Assembly: GCA_002269645.1 (NCBI GenBank)
Contig: NIVC01002930.1
Span: forward strand, 62,001 to 126,000
Source of the DNA: Macrostomum lignano
Taxonomy: Eukaryota
Direction of reading: 5' to 3'
Length of the DNA stretch: 64,000 bases
In this document: in pieces, positions 62,377 through 64,000 of the stretch
Layout: the number at the start of each line of letters is the position of its first letter
How positions within the stretch are numbered: position 1 is the first letter of the stretch
The notes under the pieces: generated by a model
The model's database searches: none
Seen by the model: the letters and a program-made list of their open reading frames with translations, nothing else
What the model was told of the DNA's origin: nothing
Position numbers and translations under genes: made by a program

Positions 62377-62757
62377 TCACGCGAAGCACTTGTCCGCATT
62401 GCGCAACAGAGCCTCGCGGTGTTTGTCCTTCAAGTGCAGCAGGAACTCCGGCGCCAAGCCCTGGTACTGGCAGTCCGGCGCCGGGCATTTGATCGGCCGG
62501 CGCTCGCAAGCGACTTCGTGTTCGCGAATTTCGCCGCGCGGGCCTCGTCGATCGCAGTGCGGACATTTGAAGGGCAGACTGTCGATCATCCGACGGGCCA
62601 AGGCGCTGGCCTCGGCTCGCACAGGCTCGTGGCGGCACTGGGCGCACCTGTTCACCCGGGCGACGCAGGCGCGGCAGTGCACCTGGTGACAGCAGCTGGT
62701 CTCCATAGCCTGATCGGCTATCTCAAGGCAGATCGGGCATCTTAGCCAAGCTTCCAT
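62377..62757 (-). CDS. Small RING-HC plus TRAF/SINA-type zinc-finger protein (putative E3 ligase), 126 aa
   Basis: CPICLE...C.H..C..C......C..CR (RING); L...I.SL..KCPHC; HE..C.RRPI.CP..DC.......FL.HL..KH (TRAF/SINA zinc fingers). Confidence 0.8.
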   Translation of the reverse strand: MEAWLRCPICLEIADQAMETSCCHQVHCRACVARVNRCAQCRHEPVRAEASALARRMIDSLPFKCPHCDRRGPRGEIREHEVACERRPIKCPAPDCQYQGLAPEFLLHLKDKHREALLRNADKCFA

Positions 62758-63574
62758 CGCTTAGTAAAATAATAAGACTGCCTGGGTTCGTATTGTGAAT
62801 TGAAACGAGAAACTGCTGGAAGGGTGTATCTGGGGGGGGGGCTTTTCTAGCAGTCAAATCGCTTGCGGCGTACGCGCTGCCTCCGGGGAAGGAGGGAGCG
62901 CAGGGGTGAGACGGATTGGAATGGACATTCTATGCCGGGGTCTGAGGGTTGGTACGAGATTACACATTATAGCTGCTTGTCCTGCTAGAGGAGAGGGGGA
63001 CGAATGTACGCAAGCCCACGCTAGTAGTTTGCGAGTACATCTGTACACTTTGCTCAGAGAGAGGGTAGTTTGTTCAGTACAGTTTTGTAGAGATAAACAG
63101 CCCTAACGCCGGTAACTCAACATTTCTCAAAAAAATGCTAGCTATAATACTGTCAACATATTTAAAAGATTTTGATTACTTTAAAAACAGATCTCTCTTG
63201 CACCTTAACCATATATACGGACTGGTAGAACATATCCAATTCATTCGGCCCTACCATCCCCTCTCCTCCTCTCCTCTCTGCCCTTCATGCATTGACCTGC
63301 CAGGAAAATGACAGGAATTTCAATTTTTCTCCCAAATTACCTTTCCAAATTTTCCAGGTCCATTAGAATTGCTTGCAGACGAACCATCGAGATTTGCCCC
63401 GCGATGCATTGATTTAGCCTTGTGGCATTTTGCCCCAATGGGGAACGACATCGTATATGCATGCATTAATAGCTTACCGATGCACATGTACACAAGGACC
63501 ACTGTAGTAGGACTCAGGACCACAGTGGTCCTTGCATGTACATCGGTTGGGGGGGGGGGGCAAAATGCAGGCAA

Positions 63575-63910
63575 ACCTTGGCGGGAAAAGCCGGGCGGGT
63601 AAACCTTGGCGGGAAAAGCCGGGCGGGTAAACCTTGGCGGGAAAAGCCGGGCGGGTAAACCTTGCGCGGAAAACGGCGCGGGCAAAGCTTGGCGGGAAAG
63701 CCGGGCGGGTAAACCTTGGCGGGAAAACCGGGCGCGGCAAACCTTGGCGGGAAAAGCCGGGCGGGCAAACCTTGGCGGGAAAAGCCGGGCGGGTATTCGT
63801 AAACCTTGGCGGGAAAAAGCCGGGCGGGCAAAGCTTGGCGGGAAAAGCCGGGCGGGCAAAGCTTGGCGGGAAAAGCCGGGTGGGCAAACCTTGGCGGGAA
63901 AAGCCGGGCG
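63575..63910. repeat. 28-bp GC-rich minisatellite containing TTGGCGGGAAA
   Basis: aaaccttggcgggaaaagccgggcgggt x~12. Confidence 0.95.
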
Positions 63911-64000
63911 GACTTTAATTCCTTGTGTTTACATCAATCAATCAATCAATCAAAATATACAGAAGACAGTTCTTCGGTGAAGATTCTGATTCGGAATTTT

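Noticed and set aside
61050-62399. 449-aa minus-strand ORF and MKQQEDNWEERREKG repeat ORFs
   Set aside because: Products of the 45-bp minisatellite; interrupted by unit indels.

Overview
Animal (metazoan) genomic DNA, not prokaryotic: spliced GT-AG genes, a TGF-beta receptor, and many minisatellites and transposons. GC-rich exons, repeat-filled introns and two genes without their own ATG suggest a free-living flatworm such as Macrostomum; this is inference only. Host genes: a damaged alpha-kinase (-), RPL28 (-), an ALK1/2 (ACVR1/saxophone)-type receptor kinase (+), an uncharacterised 4-exon Cys-rich protein (+), a syntaxin (-), a 6-exon Tonsoku-like gene (-), two tandem FABP paralogues (+) and a RING/TRAF-zinc-finger gene (-). 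Mobile DNA: a decayed APE-RT-RNaseH LINE, several MITEs, SINE fragments, and a very young 10.56-kb Ty3/Gypsy LTR element (16058-26618, ~855-bp LTRs, ATTG target-site duplication). The LTR element is the main find. Its gene order is gag-ENV-pol-tandem RING rather than gag-pol-env. Six single-base homopolymer corrections join gag, env and pol into one ~2,490-aa polyprotein with a self-consistent membrane topology. A cluster of three ESCRT late-domain-like motifs (LYPSI, PTAP, PPNY) lies between the Env anchor and the protease. Secondary observations: syntaxin and TONSL start at phase-0 acceptors without an ATG (possible spliced-leader AUG), the alpha-kinase may carry an intronised premature stop, the receptor has substitutions at human ACVR1 gain-of-function positions, and CpG-depleted blocks are sharply bounded. 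All calls were made by eye from the sequence and the supplied ORF track, without database searches.
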